Shown: positions 1 to 10,261 of the stretch, piece by piece
Position numbering within the stretch: position 1 is the first letter of the stretch
Layout of the letters: the number at the start of each line of letters is the position of its first letter
Program-made: the position numbers and the translations under genes
The notes under the pieces: model-generated
Databases searched by the model: none
What the model saw: the letters and a program-made list of their open reading frames with translations, nothing else
Told to the model about the DNA's origin: nothing
IMG/VR virus record: IMGVR_UViG_3300005537_000315
Coordinates: 1-57,122 of that record
Source: a virus
Taxonomy: Duplodnaviria > Caudoviricetes
DNA length: 57,122 nt
Direction: 5' to 3' (one strand)

Positions 1-474
1 GGGCAGCGTGCCCCATTTCCAAAGGTCTTGGGCCTCAATGTAATTGACCCACCACGGGCGAGGTAATGACCCGTACACGTCTATGTTCTCTCGTTCATCG
101 CGCTCGACGTGCATCACTTTGTAATCAGAATCTTTTCCAAACAGATAGTCCCACGTCAGCCCAGCGCCACTGCGATTCATGTCGAATACGGCGTATGACG
201 CTCCTTCCAGCGTCGCTTGAGCGGTCTTGTGATGATCGAGAATTCGAAACGACTTCGCAGCCGCAGCCAAACGGTCGTTTTGTTCCCTAGTGCGGAACGA
301 AAAATCCGTCATAAGGACGTCGTTATTCCAGCTTCTGTTGGTGAAGGCAGCAATCTTATCGTCGGTTAAACCGTGATCGAGAAAAATCACCTCAGCCTTT
401 GGATATCGGCGACGTGCTATCAAAGCGGCGGTGAAACCGTCAGGACAGTGCCCGTGAGAGAAAATGATATCCAT
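1..474 (-). CDS. DHH-family phosphoesterase (runs off window edge)
   Basis: Manual translation [17 protein letters not shown]...TDFSF...ILDHHKTA...FDMNRSGAGLTWDY...PWWVNYIEAQDLWKW. It has the CxDG, DF and DHH motifs. Not in the ORF track because it has no stop in the window. Confidence 0.85.
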   Translation of the reverse strand, partial: MDIIFSHGHCPDGFTAALIARRRYPKAEVIFLDHGLTDDKIAAFTNRSWNNDVLMTDFSFRTREQNDRLAAAAKSFRILDHHKTAQATLEGASYAVFDMNRSGAGLTWDYLFGKDSDYKVMHVERDERENIDVYGSLPRPWWVNYIEAQDLWKWGTLP

Positions 475-749
475 TAAATTGTCTTTCCTCCGTGCATGTA
501 GGGTCGGCCTTCGTTGTAATTCATTTTCTCGATTACCGCCGCTCGAAGGTCGATTCCGAGAATCCCCGCAAGATCCAGCGATTCGGCTAGTTCACTCACG
601 GCCAGCATCAGCTTGGTGGGAATTACGTACTCCAGCGGCACTTCTTTATCTTTTTCGTGAAAACCCTTTGACTCAGAGTTGTCCCCGGCTGACTGCATGT
701 CGGCGATAGTCAAGCCGCCGCCCTTCAGCAAGAAAGTATTAACGCCCAT
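474..749 (-). CDS. MazG-like nucleotide pyrophosphohydrolase, apparently internally shortened
   Basis: [12 protein letters not shown] and [31 protein letters not shown] match small phage MazG-like proteins. The second EExAD helix is missing. Confidence 0.6.
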   Translation of the reverse strand: MGVNTFLLKGGGLTIADMQSAGDNSESKGFHEKDKEVPLEYVIPTKLMLAVSELAESLDLAGILGIDLRAAVIEKMNYNEGRPYMHGGKTI

Positions 750-1038
750 CTTCGCTCTCCAACACCGCCTGAATTTCCTCTTCGCGAAGAATCAGCAGTT
801 CCTGATTGTCAATCTTAATCTCGGTGCCGCTATACTTTCCAAAAAGAATGCGGTCGCCAGCCTTTACGTCGAGAGGAACCAGCGTGCCATTTTCGCGGCG
901 GCCTGTACCTGTGGCTATAACTTCGCCTTCTTGCGGCTTTTCTTTTGCGACCTCGGGAATAAAGAGACCATTTCTCATCGTCTCCGATTCCTCGATACGC
1001 TTCACGACTACTCGATCATGTAAGGGCCTGATTTTCAT
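739..1038 (-). CDS. groES: co-chaperonin GroES
   Basis: [14 protein letters not shown]...[14 protein letters not shown]...[20 protein letters not shown] is a canonical Cpn10 sequence. Confidence 0.97.
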   Translation of the reverse strand: MKIRPLHDRVVVKRIEESETMRNGLFIPEVAKEKPQEGEVIATGTGRRENGTLVPLDVKAGDRILFGKYSGTEIKIDNQELLILREEEIQAVLESEDGR

Positions 1039-1047
1039 TCTGATCTC

Positions 1048-1332
1048 CTATTTAATAGCCGGAACACTTTCAATCCGGCGAATTCTCATCGTATTATCCG
1101 GTGGAAGCACAACTCGAAACTTGATATAACTCGGGTCAGGACAATCGCACAAGTCCTCCACCAAAATCTGAACACCGTCGCAGCACGGACAATTAGCAAT
1201 CAACGCTCGGCTCTTGCCGCCGCTTTTGTGTCCGCCACAAATGCAGTCTTCCGGTTTCCCAGTCGGCGGCGTGAAGTTCTCCGGCTTCGCGAAGAGGTGG
1301 ATATGCTTTCCGATAATATCTTCGTGCGCCAC
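1048..1332 (-). CDS. hypothetical Cys-rich protein
   Basis: ORF packed in the operon, CxC motifs. Confidence 0.6.
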   Translation of the reverse strand: MAHEDIIGKHIHLFAKPENFTPPTGKPEDCICGGHKSGGKSRALIANCPCCDGVQILVEDLCDCPDPSYIKFRVVLPPDNTMRIRRIESVPAIK

Positions 1333-2006
1333 TAACGACCTCGATTGATTCTTCGACTTTCGCGCTGCTGCTTCCTGATTCTCTTCGCTTCTGCCTCGTT
1401 GCGGTTGCGCAACGTGTTGACCGCCATGCGACGGGCTTCCAGCATCTGGGCCTCTTCTGTTGTGAATCGTTCCTTATTTACGTATGGCATTAACTGGCGC
1501 GTGATCTCGACAAGATGCAACCCGACCGGACTCGGGCGGCGCTTCTTGCGTTTCTTAGCGAAAAACGCAGCGCCAAGGATCGCCTTAGGCGTTCCCTTCT
1601 GCCCAGGCAGCGGGACAGTGGCGTATTGAATCGACAATTCACCAGTCTCCAAATCTTCGTCGACCCACATCTGCTTGAAGACCTGTTTGCAGTCCCTGGC
1701 TAACGGCAGAAGAGTCACAGTCTTTTTGCCGTTCTCGTCGAAGTGCTCGCGATAAACCACGTCGACCTTGCGATGGCGACGGTTGCACACGCGGCAGTTT
1801 ATCATCTTTCCGAGTTCGGAGTTACGGCCTGAGAAAGAACGGTTCGTGATGCTTTCTAACGCGGATGCCGCTGCGGCGAGAGCCTCGGGCGACGCCTTGA
1901 ATTCTGTTCCAGACGCGTCTGTGACGTTTTCGCTTATCACATCGAACGTGCCATTATTTTCAGGGCTAGCGCCGGATACATGCGCCTGTTTTTGTTCGTC
2001 TATCAT
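1332..2006 (-). CDS. hypothetical protein
   Basis: 224 aa ORF with overlapping start and stop with neighbours. Confidence 0.75.
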   Translation of the reverse strand: MIDEQKQAHVSGASPENNGTFDVISENVTDASGTEFKASPEALAAAASALESITNRSFSGRNSELGKMINCRVCNRRHRKVDVVYREHFDENGKKTVTLLPLARDCKQVFKQMWVDEDLETGELSIQYATVPLPGQKGTPKAILGAAFFAKKRKKRRPSPVGLHLVEITRQLMPYVNKERFTTEEAQMLEARRMAVNTLRNRNEAEAKRIRKQQRESRRINRGR

Positions 2007-2356
2007 ATCGTCCAGTCTCCGTCGATCTCTCCGAGTGACCTAGAGAAGGCAAGGTATTTGTTCATCTTCTCGATCTTTTTCGCCTTAATGTCATCGTAAT
2101 CGAAGCCCGTTGGAGGAGGAGCCAACTGACCCGCGTCTTCGAGTAGTTCGCAAATGATCGTCATATCGATCAACTCATTGACTAGTCGCTGACGATTGGT
2201 CAAGCCAGCTTCTCCGCTAGGAGGGGCGACGCCGTCTTTAACTTCGTTTCCTTTTTGAACTTGGTCTGCGCCGTATTGAACCTGCTTCAGCGCTCGTTGT
2301 GCTACCTCAGCGCATTCTTCAGCCAACTTGTTCAATAGAAACTGCTCGCGCCTCAC
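2003..2356 (-). CDS. MazG-like helical protein
   Basis: LAEECAEVAQ...ELID pattern. Confidence 0.55.
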   Translation of the reverse strand: MRREQFLLNKLAEECAEVAQRALKQVQYGADQVQKGNEVKDGVAPPSGEAGLTNRQRLVNELIDMTIICELLEDAGQLAPPPTGFDYDDIKAKKIEKMNKYLAFSRSLGEIDGDWTI

Positions 2357-3060
2357 ATCGCCCTCCCATAATCTACGCTTCGACCGTCAAGATTCCACCA
2401 CCAGCTTTTGTTCTTCGTACCGTCTTTGAAAGTGATTGATCCCGGTGGATATCCGATTCGTGTATCGTTCGGCTCCGGTCTCCCAGGTTTCACGATTTCG
2501 ACTTTCTGCGTTTCGGGATTGATTGCTTTAAGTTCTGCTCCAAACTCACCCAGTTCTTCTTGGATCATTGTCCTGTACTCTTCGATTCGCTGGGCAGCAT
2601 ATTTCAGGTTGTCGATGTAAGCACGAATGATGTGCTTTTTCTCAATGGTAGGGACGCGAGGCGTTTTGGCTCGCGTATTCCAACGATATTTTTTATTCTT
2701 TGGATCAACCGAAACGCTAGACAGCAGAACGATGTCATTGTTGTAGCTCGGAATCTCGCGAGGTTCCTTAACTTTACCTGTGCCGCCACACTCTCCGCAT
2801 ACGATCAAGGTCTTCTTTTCAACCTCGGTCTTTTTCGAACAAAGGGAGCAGTCGACTTCCGCTTCCACGGCCTTCACGGACGTGATGACCCAAGAGGCCT
2901 CGTTTCGCTTCACGAGTTCATTGGCGTACGCGTAATCGACCAGCTTTTTGCAGCGGCATGGAGGGGCTGGAGGCTCGGCGAGGCGCTTCGCTACCAGTTC
3001 CTGACCCATGCAGCCGGAGTGCATTTTGACTTTTCTCGACATGAGGTGGGCTATTTCCAC
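2353..3060 (-). CDS. hypothetical protein with DnaJ-type zinc-finger motif
   Basis: CSLC and CGECGGTGKV. Confidence 0.7.
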   Translation of the reverse strand: MEIAHLMSRKVKMHSGCMGQELVAKRLAEPPAPPCRCKKLVDYAYANELVKRNEASWVITSVKAVEAEVDCSLCSKKTEVEKKTLIVCGECGGTGKVKEPREIPSYNNDIVLLSSVSVDPKNKKYRWNTRAKTPRVPTIEKKHIIRAYIDNLKYAAQRIEEYRTMIQEELGEFGAELKAINPETQKVEIVKPGRPEPNDTRIGYPPGSITFKDGTKNKSWWWNLDGRSVDYGRAM

Positions 3061-3065
3061 TAAAA

Positions 3066-3455
3066 CTACTGAACCAGGGCACGGCTTTTCTTAGGGCGGC
3101 CTCTTTTTGCCCCTAATGCGCCTGTGCCGTTAGCCCTTAACCCTTTGGAAACACGGAAGATACTACGCACTACGAAGTGAACTTTTGTCGTAGTTGAGCC
3201 AATCTCTTCGGCCACTTGAGACTCTGTATACCCCATACGGAAATACAGGTGGATCACTGCCCCCCATCGCGCTGCCCCCTCGTGTTGCTTTTTGTCCGAA
3301 GCCATTTTAGGGAAACTACGCAGCAACAGGTCTCGAACCTTTCGGTCGTTAAATGCCCAAGACGGTGCTTTTCGTTTATACGAGCGTGCGTGTACAATCC
3401 TGTGAGCGCCGACAAACGAATCGCTTTGATCTATGACATTCTTTAGTTTTCGCAT
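3066..3455 (-). CDS. helix-turn-helix DNA-binding protein (sigma region 4-like)
   Basis: VIHLYFRMGYTESQVAEEIGSTTTKV and a C-terminal KRGRPKK AT-hook-like motif. Confidence 0.65.
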   Translation of the reverse strand: MRKLKNVIDQSDSFVGAHRIVHARSYKRKAPSWAFNDRKVRDLLLRSFPKMASDKKQHEGAARWGAVIHLYFRMGYTESQVAEEIGSTTTKVHFVVRSIFRVSKGLRANGTGALGAKRGRPKKSRALVQ

Positions 3456-3724
3456 CGACCGTCAGACCTCAAAATTTTAAGGATTTCTTCTTTGTTCTCG
3501 TGTCCGTCCAACGCTTTCTCGGCGTCTTTGAGGCGTTTGCTTTTCGCCTTTTGCGCACCTTTCAAAATAGACCTATCGAATTTCTTGTCGGGCAACGATC
3601 CGCGCCAATATGCGAGTGGATCGGTGCCCCCGAGAGTGTCATCAAACTGTTGCTCTTGAAAAAAATCCTCTTGCTCCGCTGGCGGACAAATGATGACCGC
3701 CACTTTCTTAGCCGGATCATTCAT
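3443..3724 (-). CDS. hypothetical protein
   Basis: Likely start MNDPAKK, coupled to the upstream stop. Confidence 0.6.
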   Translation of the reverse strand: MNDPAKKVAVIICPPAEQEDFFQEQQFDDTLGGTDPLAYWRGSLPDKKFDRSILKGAQKAKSKRLKDAEKALDGHENKEEILKILRSDGRCEN

Positions 3725-4919
3725 CAGCATCACCGCCATAGTCTGAGAACAAATCATCGAAGTCATCCCCTGTTTTGGTGAAATTTTGATTGCGAAACAT
3801 TTCGTCCTTTTGAACGAAAGCGCGGAAGTAAGGATCGGATGTGTTATCACTTGGATAGCGAATACCGAAACGATTCTCCCACACTCCTCGAATGCGCGAG
3901 TTCACGATATTGATGATCTGACGGCCCGCAATTTCACCTGCATCGTTCGCAGATTCGATGGTCACGAATCCAGCGTTGAATTGCAGGCGCTGCTTAGTCA
4001 GAAAATTAACATGGACAAGCGCCCCAAACTTTGACAGCCACTCGTCGCGACGGGCCTTGGCGACCTTCGTTTGTTCTAACTTGCCGTCTTCCTTGCGGCC
4101 CTGGATGCGTTCCATTTCAGCAATCATAGACTCGTTGGCGAGCACGACTATGTTCTCGCCTTCGGCTGCCGCCACAATAGCCTCTTGTCCAGCCACAAAG
4201 GCTCCCGCTGGCTCAAGGAAAGTTACAAGCGACCCTTTCTCAATCTTGTGGCCTTTCTTCACAAACCACAGGAGGGCGACGTCGCGAATTCCCGTGTGCC
4301 AAGAGTAGCGGCGTAACTGAGTGTCGTGTGCCGACATTCCGTACTGTTCAGGAAAATTGTTGCCTGCCGTTTTGATATCAATTACCACTGGTCGAAACGG
4401 GCCATATTCGGGACGCCAGTTGACCTTTGGCAGCATTGGATGATTCGGATCAACGTAAGCGATAATGTCAACCTTGCCGCCATCTTCGATGCCGCCGTAA
4501 TTCGGGTCTCCTGGGAACACTTCCTTATAAAACTCTTTTTGAAATAACGTTTGACCGCCGAGAGGAATCGGCAGACTCGGCTGGCGTACGATGTACAACT
4601 TCACCATCTCGACGCCTGTCTTGTAAAGCGTGGCCCAGTCCTTCTCTACTTTCGTATACGTCAGTTCCTTATTTCCCGCATGCTCACGCCACTTTTCTAT
4701 GAAGTGATTGACTGCGCCTTCACCGTTGTGCTCATGATGCCACTGAATCGCCTCTTCTAAAGCGCGGCCAAATAGGAATCGAGCCTTCGTTTCACGCTCT
4801 TTCCATCCTTCTACCTTCATCAAGTAGTACTTCAGAGGGCAGTGGTCGAAGACATTCCCGGCACTGTAGCTGTGTTTTCGCCATTCTTGGCCTTTTTGAT
4901 TTATGTATAAATATGCCAT
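3717..4919 (-). CDS. PD-(D/E)xK exonuclease (RecB/AddB-like)
   Basis: SYS...CPLKYYL, GRALEEAI, GKVDII, VIDIKT, QLRRYSW motifs. Confidence 0.85.
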   Translation of the reverse strand: MAYLYINQKGQEWRKHSYSAGNVFDHCPLKYYLMKVEGWKERETKARFLFGRALEEAIQWHHEHNGEGAVNHFIEKWREHAGNKELTYTKVEKDWATLYKTGVEMVKLYIVRQPSLPIPLGGQTLFQKEFYKEVFPGDPNYGGIEDGGKVDIIAYVDPNHPMLPKVNWRPEYGPFRPVVIDIKTAGNNFPEQYGMSAHDTQLRRYSWHTGIRDVALLWFVKKGHKIEKGSLVTFLEPAGAFVAGQEAIVAAAEGENIVVLANESMIAEMERIQGRKEDGKLEQTKVAKARRDEWLSKFGALVHVNFLTKQRLQFNAGFVTIESANDAGEIAGRQIINIVNSRIRGVWENRFGIRYPSDNTSDPYFRAFVQKDEMFRNQNFTKTGDDFDDLFSDYGGDADE

Positions 4920-4920
4920 T

Positions 4921-5409
4921 TTAGCCTTTCACTTGCGCTCTGCGTCTTACGATTTCTCGTAAAACAGGAGCAAGCAGCATCATTTCTTCATAAGATAGAT
5001 CGTGCATCTTTTTCTGGTTACAGCTTCTACAGCATGGAACGACATTGAAGCCAACGTGCCCGATTTCATTATTCATGCAATCTAGCCCCGCTCCGTATAA
5101 GTTCAGAGGCCCGAAGCAGTAATGACAAATGCCGTCTTGAATCAACGCCGTATAAAACTCTAACGACCACAGAGGGTCTTTGCGTGAAATTTTTTCTTTT
5201 CTCAAAGCGACTTTTAGAACGCTGTGTCGCCCTCGAAACGTTCTGCGATACGCAAGCTTCTCCTCCTTATGAATCAAGTACTGCTCTCTTCCTCGTTTTC
5301 TATGCAGAACGACATTGCCGTGGTATCGTTTGTTCGACTTCTTTAAGATACGTTTCCGATTCTTGCGATAGTATCTCTTTTTCTGCTCGGATTTTTGAGT
5401 CGAGTACAT
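4921..5409 (-). CDS. HNH homing endonuclease
   Basis: CHYC...GLDCMNNEIGH..FNVVPCCRSCNQKK with a basic N-terminus. Confidence 0.85.
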   Translation of the reverse strand: MYSTQKSEQKKRYYRKNRKRILKKSNKRYHGNVVLHRKRGREQYLIHKEEKLAYRRTFRGRHSVLKVALRKEKISRKDPLWSLEFYTALIQDGICHYCFGPLNLYGAGLDCMNNEIGHVGFNVVPCCRSCNQKKMHDLSYEEMMLLAPVLREIVRRRAQVKG

Positions 5410-5410
5410 T

Positions 5411-6169
5411 TTATGCTGCCTTTTTCTCCTCGACCCGCAAGTCGGCCCCGCATTCCCGGCACTCATCGCCGCCTGGATTGTACTTACCGCACTGCTCGCA
5501 CTTCGTGAATTCCTTCTTGAGTTCCATAAGTTCCTTTCTTAGTCGCATATTTTCGTTCTTCAAATCTAAAGGGTTGCAACCTGGGCAAGCAAAACCACGA
5601 ACTTCTCCCGTCTCGTGGTCATGATCACAATGAGGCGTTTTACCCAAACCTAGGTTGTTCCAATCGAGGGCCTTTCCACAAAACACGCATGGTTGATCCA
5701 TTAATGGGCGAATTGTAGAATGCGGTATGTCGAGTCTGATTGGAGCGTATCCACGTTTTTGTTTTTTCCTATCACCAGAATTAGAAGCATAAAGTATCGT
5801 CTGAACACGACAAAGCCAGCCGCCTGTTCTTGCAACCGCGAAGACATTCGATCCATCGCTGCGCTCAGGAAGCATCCCTGAACACCCACACGAAAATGTA
5901 TGAACATTGCCCGATCTTTGTGCATAAAAAGAACTTATCTTTTGACCGTGTTCCTGCCTAATCCGCAGGCCCCGACAGTCTCGACATTCCCCTCTGTTTT
6001 TTAGCCACATATTCAGAGAAGTATTTGCGCTGATCAATCGAATCCCGCACCCAGAACAAGTTCCGTTCGAACAGCGACAGAGGTGTCCTGCGTGCGCCGT
6101 GCAAAAACCTCGATTAGCGCCGCTTCTCGCTTTCGGCATTGGCTTGCCACATGTCCGATGCTTGCTCAT
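5411..6169 (-). CDS. endonuclease VII-like HNH protein
   Basis: CVFCG...HCDHDHETGEVRGFACPGCN. Confidence 0.8.
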   Translation of the reverse strand: MSKHRTCGKPMPKARSGANRGFCTAHAGHLCRCSNGTCSGCGIRLISANTSLNMWLKNRGECRDCRGLRIRQEHGQKISSFYAQRSGNVHTFSCGCSGMLPERSDGSNVFAVARTGGWLCRVQTILYASNSGDRKKQKRGYAPIRLDIPHSTIRPLMDQPCVFCGKALDWNNLGLGKTPHCDHDHETGEVRGFACPGCNPLDLKNENMRLRKELMELKKEFTKCEQCGKYNPGGDECRECGADLRVEEKKAA

Positions 6170-7881
6170 ACCAGTCCTAGTGCCAATTCAGCGGCGCTGG
6201 CCTTGTGTCTTGTAGATTCAGCGGCGCGACGCAGCTTCTCGCCGCCAAGGTCTTTGTACTCGTCTGATTCGTCCGAGAACACGGCGACGTCGGCCAGCAG
6301 CGTCGGGTCTAAGAATTCGCTGCGCGGGCCGTCGTAGCTGATTTGCAAACGGTCAGCAGCGCGACTAGCCGCTACAAAGAAGATGCGCTTTTCTTCCGTG
6401 ATCTCGCCATCTGTGTGCGGCATTTTGCCTTGCCTACAACCGATGACGAAGACGTTTTTCCATTCTCGACCTTTGGCTTGGTGAACTGTGGTGAGGGCGA
6501 GGGTAGGATTTTCGGCTCTGCGATCATAACCGGGAGACTTGGCCGCTTCGCATGCGTAAGTGATTCGATTAAGCCATTTGAGGAATTCGCTAACAGTGCC
6601 GCGACTAGTGCTGAGTTTGACGAAATCATTAAGATTTTCAACGGGCGGTTTTTCATTCGGCCCTCCTGTGTTGCGATAAACGTGAGTCAGATTGTGCTGG
6701 GTCATCGCCTGCGTCAGAACTTCGTGTGCGGGACGGGTATCCGATTTCAGCGGCTTGACCAAATCTATCAAGTGCTTTACTTCGGTTGTCTGCCACAAAT
6801 CTTTCTTCCCAAGGATCATCGACTTGATCCCTTTCGACATAGCCCAGCGCTGCGCCGTTCGCAATTGACGATTCGTTCTAGCTATAATCGCGGTGTTATT
6901 CGGGTCTGTGATCTGATTCATGATGCGAAAGCACTCAGAGTCCTCGTTGTCGTACTTTACGATCTTGGGCTTTTCTCCTTCTTGTCGCATGGATCGCATG
7001 TGACTGGCAAGTCCATTGTCGACGGGGAGAATTTTCTTGAGGAAGCTGACGATAGCTCCTGTGCTGCGGTAATTTGCTCCAAGATATAATGTACGGCTGC
7101 CTGGGAAATGATTGGTAAAGTTCGAAAGGTTTCCAGCCACAGCACTGCGCCATTCGTAGATGAGTTGATTTTCGTCTCCCACCACGAATATGTTCCCGCC
7201 ATAGATAAGTTGGAGCAGCCTGAACTGAACCACGTCGGTGTCTTGACACTCATCGACACAAATGTACTTCCTAATCCACCTCGAACGAACGGCATCGTTG
7301 GTCTCCAAAAGCTTCACCGTCTCGCGCATTAGCGAATCGAAATCCAGCCAGCCTTGCTGACGGCACTCGACCTCGTAGTCGCGATACGCGGTGGCGTAAA
7401 AAAATCCGCCTTTCTTGTCGTAGTACATGTCTTGCATCGCTTGCTCAGGCGATACATTCGACGACTTCCACTCGGCTATGCGATCCCTTAACGAATTGAA
7501 CGTCGTGATTGCCGGATATCGCTTGATTAGGTCTTTCAGCAACTGAAAGTCCTGGCCGTATTTTGGAAGGATGAACTCGTTTGCTTGAAAAGGCAGATTG
7601 AGTCTTTCCTTCTGGATCAAGTCGAGGGCGAACGAGTGGAACGTGCGAAAGACTTCTTTCGCGCCGAATAAACCGACGCGCTCCACCATGTTCTTCGCCG
7701 CTTCAGACGTGAACGTCAGATTTAGAATGTTCTCGGGGCGAATACAATGCGTCGAGATCATGCGGACATAACGGTTCGTCAAGACGGTCGTCTTGCCCGT
7801 GCCGGGGCCTGCGATCACCACGACGTTGCCTTGTATCGCTTCGGCGGCGGCTTCTTGTTCTGTGTTTAGCGGTACGATCAT
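6166..7881 (-). CDS. UvrD/PcrA-like SF1 DNA helicase
   Basis: AGPGTGKT, VDECQD, VGDENQLIYEWR, NYRS, TVHQAKGREW, EEKRIFFVAASRA. Confidence 0.95.
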   Translation of the reverse strand: MIVPLNTEQEAAAEAIQGNVVVIAGPGTGKTTVLTNRYVRMISTHCIRPENILNLTFTSEAAKNMVERVGLFGAKEVFRTFHSFALDLIQKERLNLPFQANEFILPKYGQDFQLLKDLIKRYPAITTFNSLRDRIAEWKSSNVSPEQAMQDMYYDKKGGFFYATAYRDYEVECRQQGWLDFDSLMRETVKLLETNDAVRSRWIRKYICVDECQDTDVVQFRLLQLIYGGNIFVVGDENQLIYEWRSAVAGNLSNFTNHFPGSRTLYLGANYRSTGAIVSFLKKILPVDNGLASHMRSMRQEGEKPKIVKYDNEDSECFRIMNQITDPNNTAIIARTNRQLRTAQRWAMSKGIKSMILGKKDLWQTTEVKHLIDLVKPLKSDTRPAHEVLTQAMTQHNLTHVYRNTGGPNEKPPVENLNDFVKLSTSRGTVSEFLKWLNRITYACEAAKSPGYDRRAENPTLALTTVHQAKGREWKNVFVIGCRQGKMPHTDGEITEEKRIFFVAASRAADRLQISYDGPRSEFLDPTLLADVAVFSDESDEYKDLGGEKLRRAAESTRHKASAAELALGLV

Positions 7882-8208
7882 TATGTCAGAATCACTGCCT
7901 TCAAATAGCTCTTTCCTTCATTGTCGGGTTGAAAGGCTTCTACGAGCACGATTTTCTTGTAAAGAGCATAAGCCATTCCTAAATCGAAATGCGATGACGT
8001 CCCAGAACACATGAACTTCGTCTGCTTTTATCATAGCGTCGCGGTGCATTGTGTTAATGACTTTTCCAGTCGGATCATCCTGCGGGACATCATCAGGCGG
8101 ATAATGAACGTCGTGCCCGTTCAATTTTAAGAAATTGACGTAGCCGCGCATTCGTTCTATAACAACGGGATCGGCGTTACGAACTGGACAAATAATGTAA
8201 ATTCTCAT
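7881..8208 (-). pseudogene. nucleoside 2-deoxyribosyltransferase-like gene, frameshifted
   Basis: MRIYIICPVR...ADEVHVFWDV, then SHFDLGMAYALYKKIVLV continues in another frame to a TAA overlapping the helicase ATG. Confidence 0.65.
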
Positions 8209-8387
8209 TTTCCCCTCGCATTCTGGTTCACGAACTCGATGTAGCTCAAGTGCTTTTTTCTCTCGCCTTCATGGTCGTTCAAAATGGCATCCATGTACCC
8301 GAGTGGAAACCGAAAAACGAACCCACATCCTTTTAGATGCGACGGGCCGCTGTAAAGACAGCCTGGGCAAAAGATAGGAATCGTCAT
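8205..8387 (-). CDS. hypothetical protein
   Basis: ATGA-coupled small ORF. Confidence 0.55.
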   Translation of the reverse strand: MTIPIFCPGCLYSGPSHLKGCGFVFRFPLGYMDAILNDHEGERKKHLSYIEFVNQNARGK

Positions 8388-9775
8388 TTCGCACCGATCA
8401 CGTCGTTGATGTATTTCACGAGACCCTTGTCGCTGTTGCGCTCGCGGAAAGACTTCATCCCTTCGAAGAATTCATCCCAGTCTTCCACGGTCATTTGCTG
8501 CGTCGGTTTGCCTGCCATGCGCTCAGCGTAGACGCGCAATTTTGCGCTCGGGCCACCAACGCCTGGGCTGGGCACCATGCCAGCACCAGGGAGGATAACG
8601 TTCGAGTATTCGCGCAAACGCTCGCGGTACAAAGTCTCTTGTTCCTTAGACGGCTTGCCGGGAAAATCGGTTACAGGCGCTGGCTGCGGCGGCGCGAGAA
8701 TCGGTTGATGCGGCGTAGGCGGTGCTGGGAGAGTCATTGTCATGTGTTCTGGGTGCGGCACGGCGGTTACCACAGAAGCTAACGGTAACGCAACAGGATT
8801 TACTTGCGTTGGCACAGCAGGATTTGCTTGTACTGATACAACAGGATTCGCTTGTTTAGACTCACAAACCAAAGCGCTGTTAATCATCCTGTGCACGCTG
8901 AGAGGCAAGCCGCAGTCGATGCACTTGACTGGGGGCGTCGGCTCGACTTCAACGAGCGCGGGGATTTCAACGTTTGCTGAAACCTGCTCTGGGGCTGAAA
9001 TGTCGACGGTGTTCTTCTTGCGTGCGCGTCGCTTCTTAGGCTCTGCGGGAGCCTCTGAAGGACTAGGCAAAGCAGGTAAGGTCTCAGGTGCTATCGACAG
9101 CGGTGCGAGGCTAGGAGCCACGCTGGGCTGCACAGTGGCGGCCTCTAGGGCCTTACGGCTAATCTCAGCGGCTTCGGCTTGGGCCTGGGCGATACTGTCG
9201 GCGGCGACGCGCTCCTTCGGGTCTACCATCTTGCCGGGGGCTGTGCTAGGCGTCGGTAGGCTCGGAGTGAATATCGGGGCCGGGGCCACGGCGGCCAAAT
9301 CGGCAGGGCTGGCTTTGACTTCCACGGGGTCGGTCACTTCAGTGTAGTCGAGGATGCCTAGGCCGCAAAACTTGAGAGTCAAGCGCCTGCCAGCGCGAGT
9401 CTCGGCAGTCGACACAGCGGCGGCCAGTTTCTCGCCTTTAAGACCTTCAGTCGAATGCGCTCCTACGGCGATCTCTTCGCGACCAGTCGCGTCCTTGCCC
9501 TTAGCCGTGAACGAAACGTAGCCTGGGCCGTCGTGTTGCGCCATTTCCGTGATGCTAATCTTACGACGGTCACGCAGAACGTCCGTGGTTCCGCGACGTG
9601 CGTATAGCTGGCGGCGACGGAGACTCGTGTCGGGGTCCGTCATCCACAATACATCGAACCAGTTCATCGACGGATCGAGGCCGAAATATGCCGAAACGTC
9701 GACCTTGTATTTTTCGATGGTAGCGTCGTCCAAGCCTTCGAGATTGTAAATGATCTTAAACGTAGTTGTGCTCAT
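8384..9775 (-). CDS. putative single-strand annealing/recombination protein with Pro/Ala-rich linker
   Basis: LYARRGTTDVLR and AETRAGRRLTLKFCGLG resemble phage RecT/Bet-like proteins. It lies near the helicase and exonuclease genes. Confidence 0.5.
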   Translation of the reverse strand: MSTTTFKIIYNLEGLDDATIEKYKVDVSAYFGLDPSMNWFDVLWMTDPDTSLRRRQLYARRGTTDVLRDRRKISITEMAQHDGPGYVSFTAKGKDATGREEIAVGAHSTEGLKGEKLAAAVSTAETRAGRRLTLKFCGLGILDYTEVTDPVEVKASPADLAAVAPAPIFTPSLPTPSTAPGKMVDPKERVAADSIAQAQAEAAEISRKALEAATVQPSVAPSLAPLSIAPETLPALPSPSEAPAEPKKRRARKKNTVDISAPEQVSANVEIPALVEVEPTPPVKCIDCGLPLSVHRMINSALVCESKQANPVVSVQANPAVPTQVNPVALPLASVVTAVPHPEHMTMTLPAPPTPHQPILAPPQPAPVTDFPGKPSKEQETLYRERLREYSNVILPGAGMVPSPGVGGPSAKLRVYAERMAGKPTQQMTVEDWDEFFEGMKSFRERNSDKGLVKYINDVIGAK

Positions 9776-9783
9776 GGTTCTCC

Positions 9784-9812
9784 ACCCTATCATACTTTCG
9801 GATTTCTGTCAA
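9784..9812 (-). promoter_or_regulatory. sigma70-like promoter
   Basis: TTGACA-17-TAGGGT, very similar to the promoter at 35950. Confidence 0.6.
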
Positions 9813-10261
9813 GAGGGTAATATCGAAACCCCTCTAAATTCAACTATCGGCGCAACGTCCGAGATCGGCTGTACCATTCTACGACGCTTCCACCGAGGAG
9901 CAAGACTAAATACGGCAGGTCTCATCGTTTGTTCCACCACGACGTCACCATTCTCTCCTGCACGATGTGCTAAAAAGCCTTCCATACGAGCGCGTTTCGC
10001 CATAAGCTGTAGCTGAACCTCTTCAGGAACTTTGGAGAAAAAGTTCGGATGCAACATCATCCGCGCTAAGCGATTAAGCGATTTCTTAGCGTCCCGGCGA
10101 TTGTATGCGTTGCCGATGTGCCAGCCTTCACAATATTTACACGGATACGCGTTGATCTTGGCGTAAGGATTTTTAAACTGCATCCTCCACGCCGACATTA
10201 GCGCCGCGTATGACGTGTCGCACCGCACTTTACGACGACAGTTTTCAAGACTCCCGCTCAT
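9809..10261 (-). CDS. hypothetical protein
   Basis: AYPCKYCEGWHIG zinc-ribbon motif common in phage proteins. Confidence 0.65.
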   Translation of the reverse strand: MSGSLENCRRKVRCDTSYAALMSAWRMQFKNPYAKINAYPCKYCEGWHIGNAYNRRDAKKSLNRLARMMLHPNFFSKVPEEVQLQLMAKRARMEGFLAHRAGENGDVVVEQTMRPAVFSLAPRWKRRRMVQPISDVAPIVEFRGVSILPS

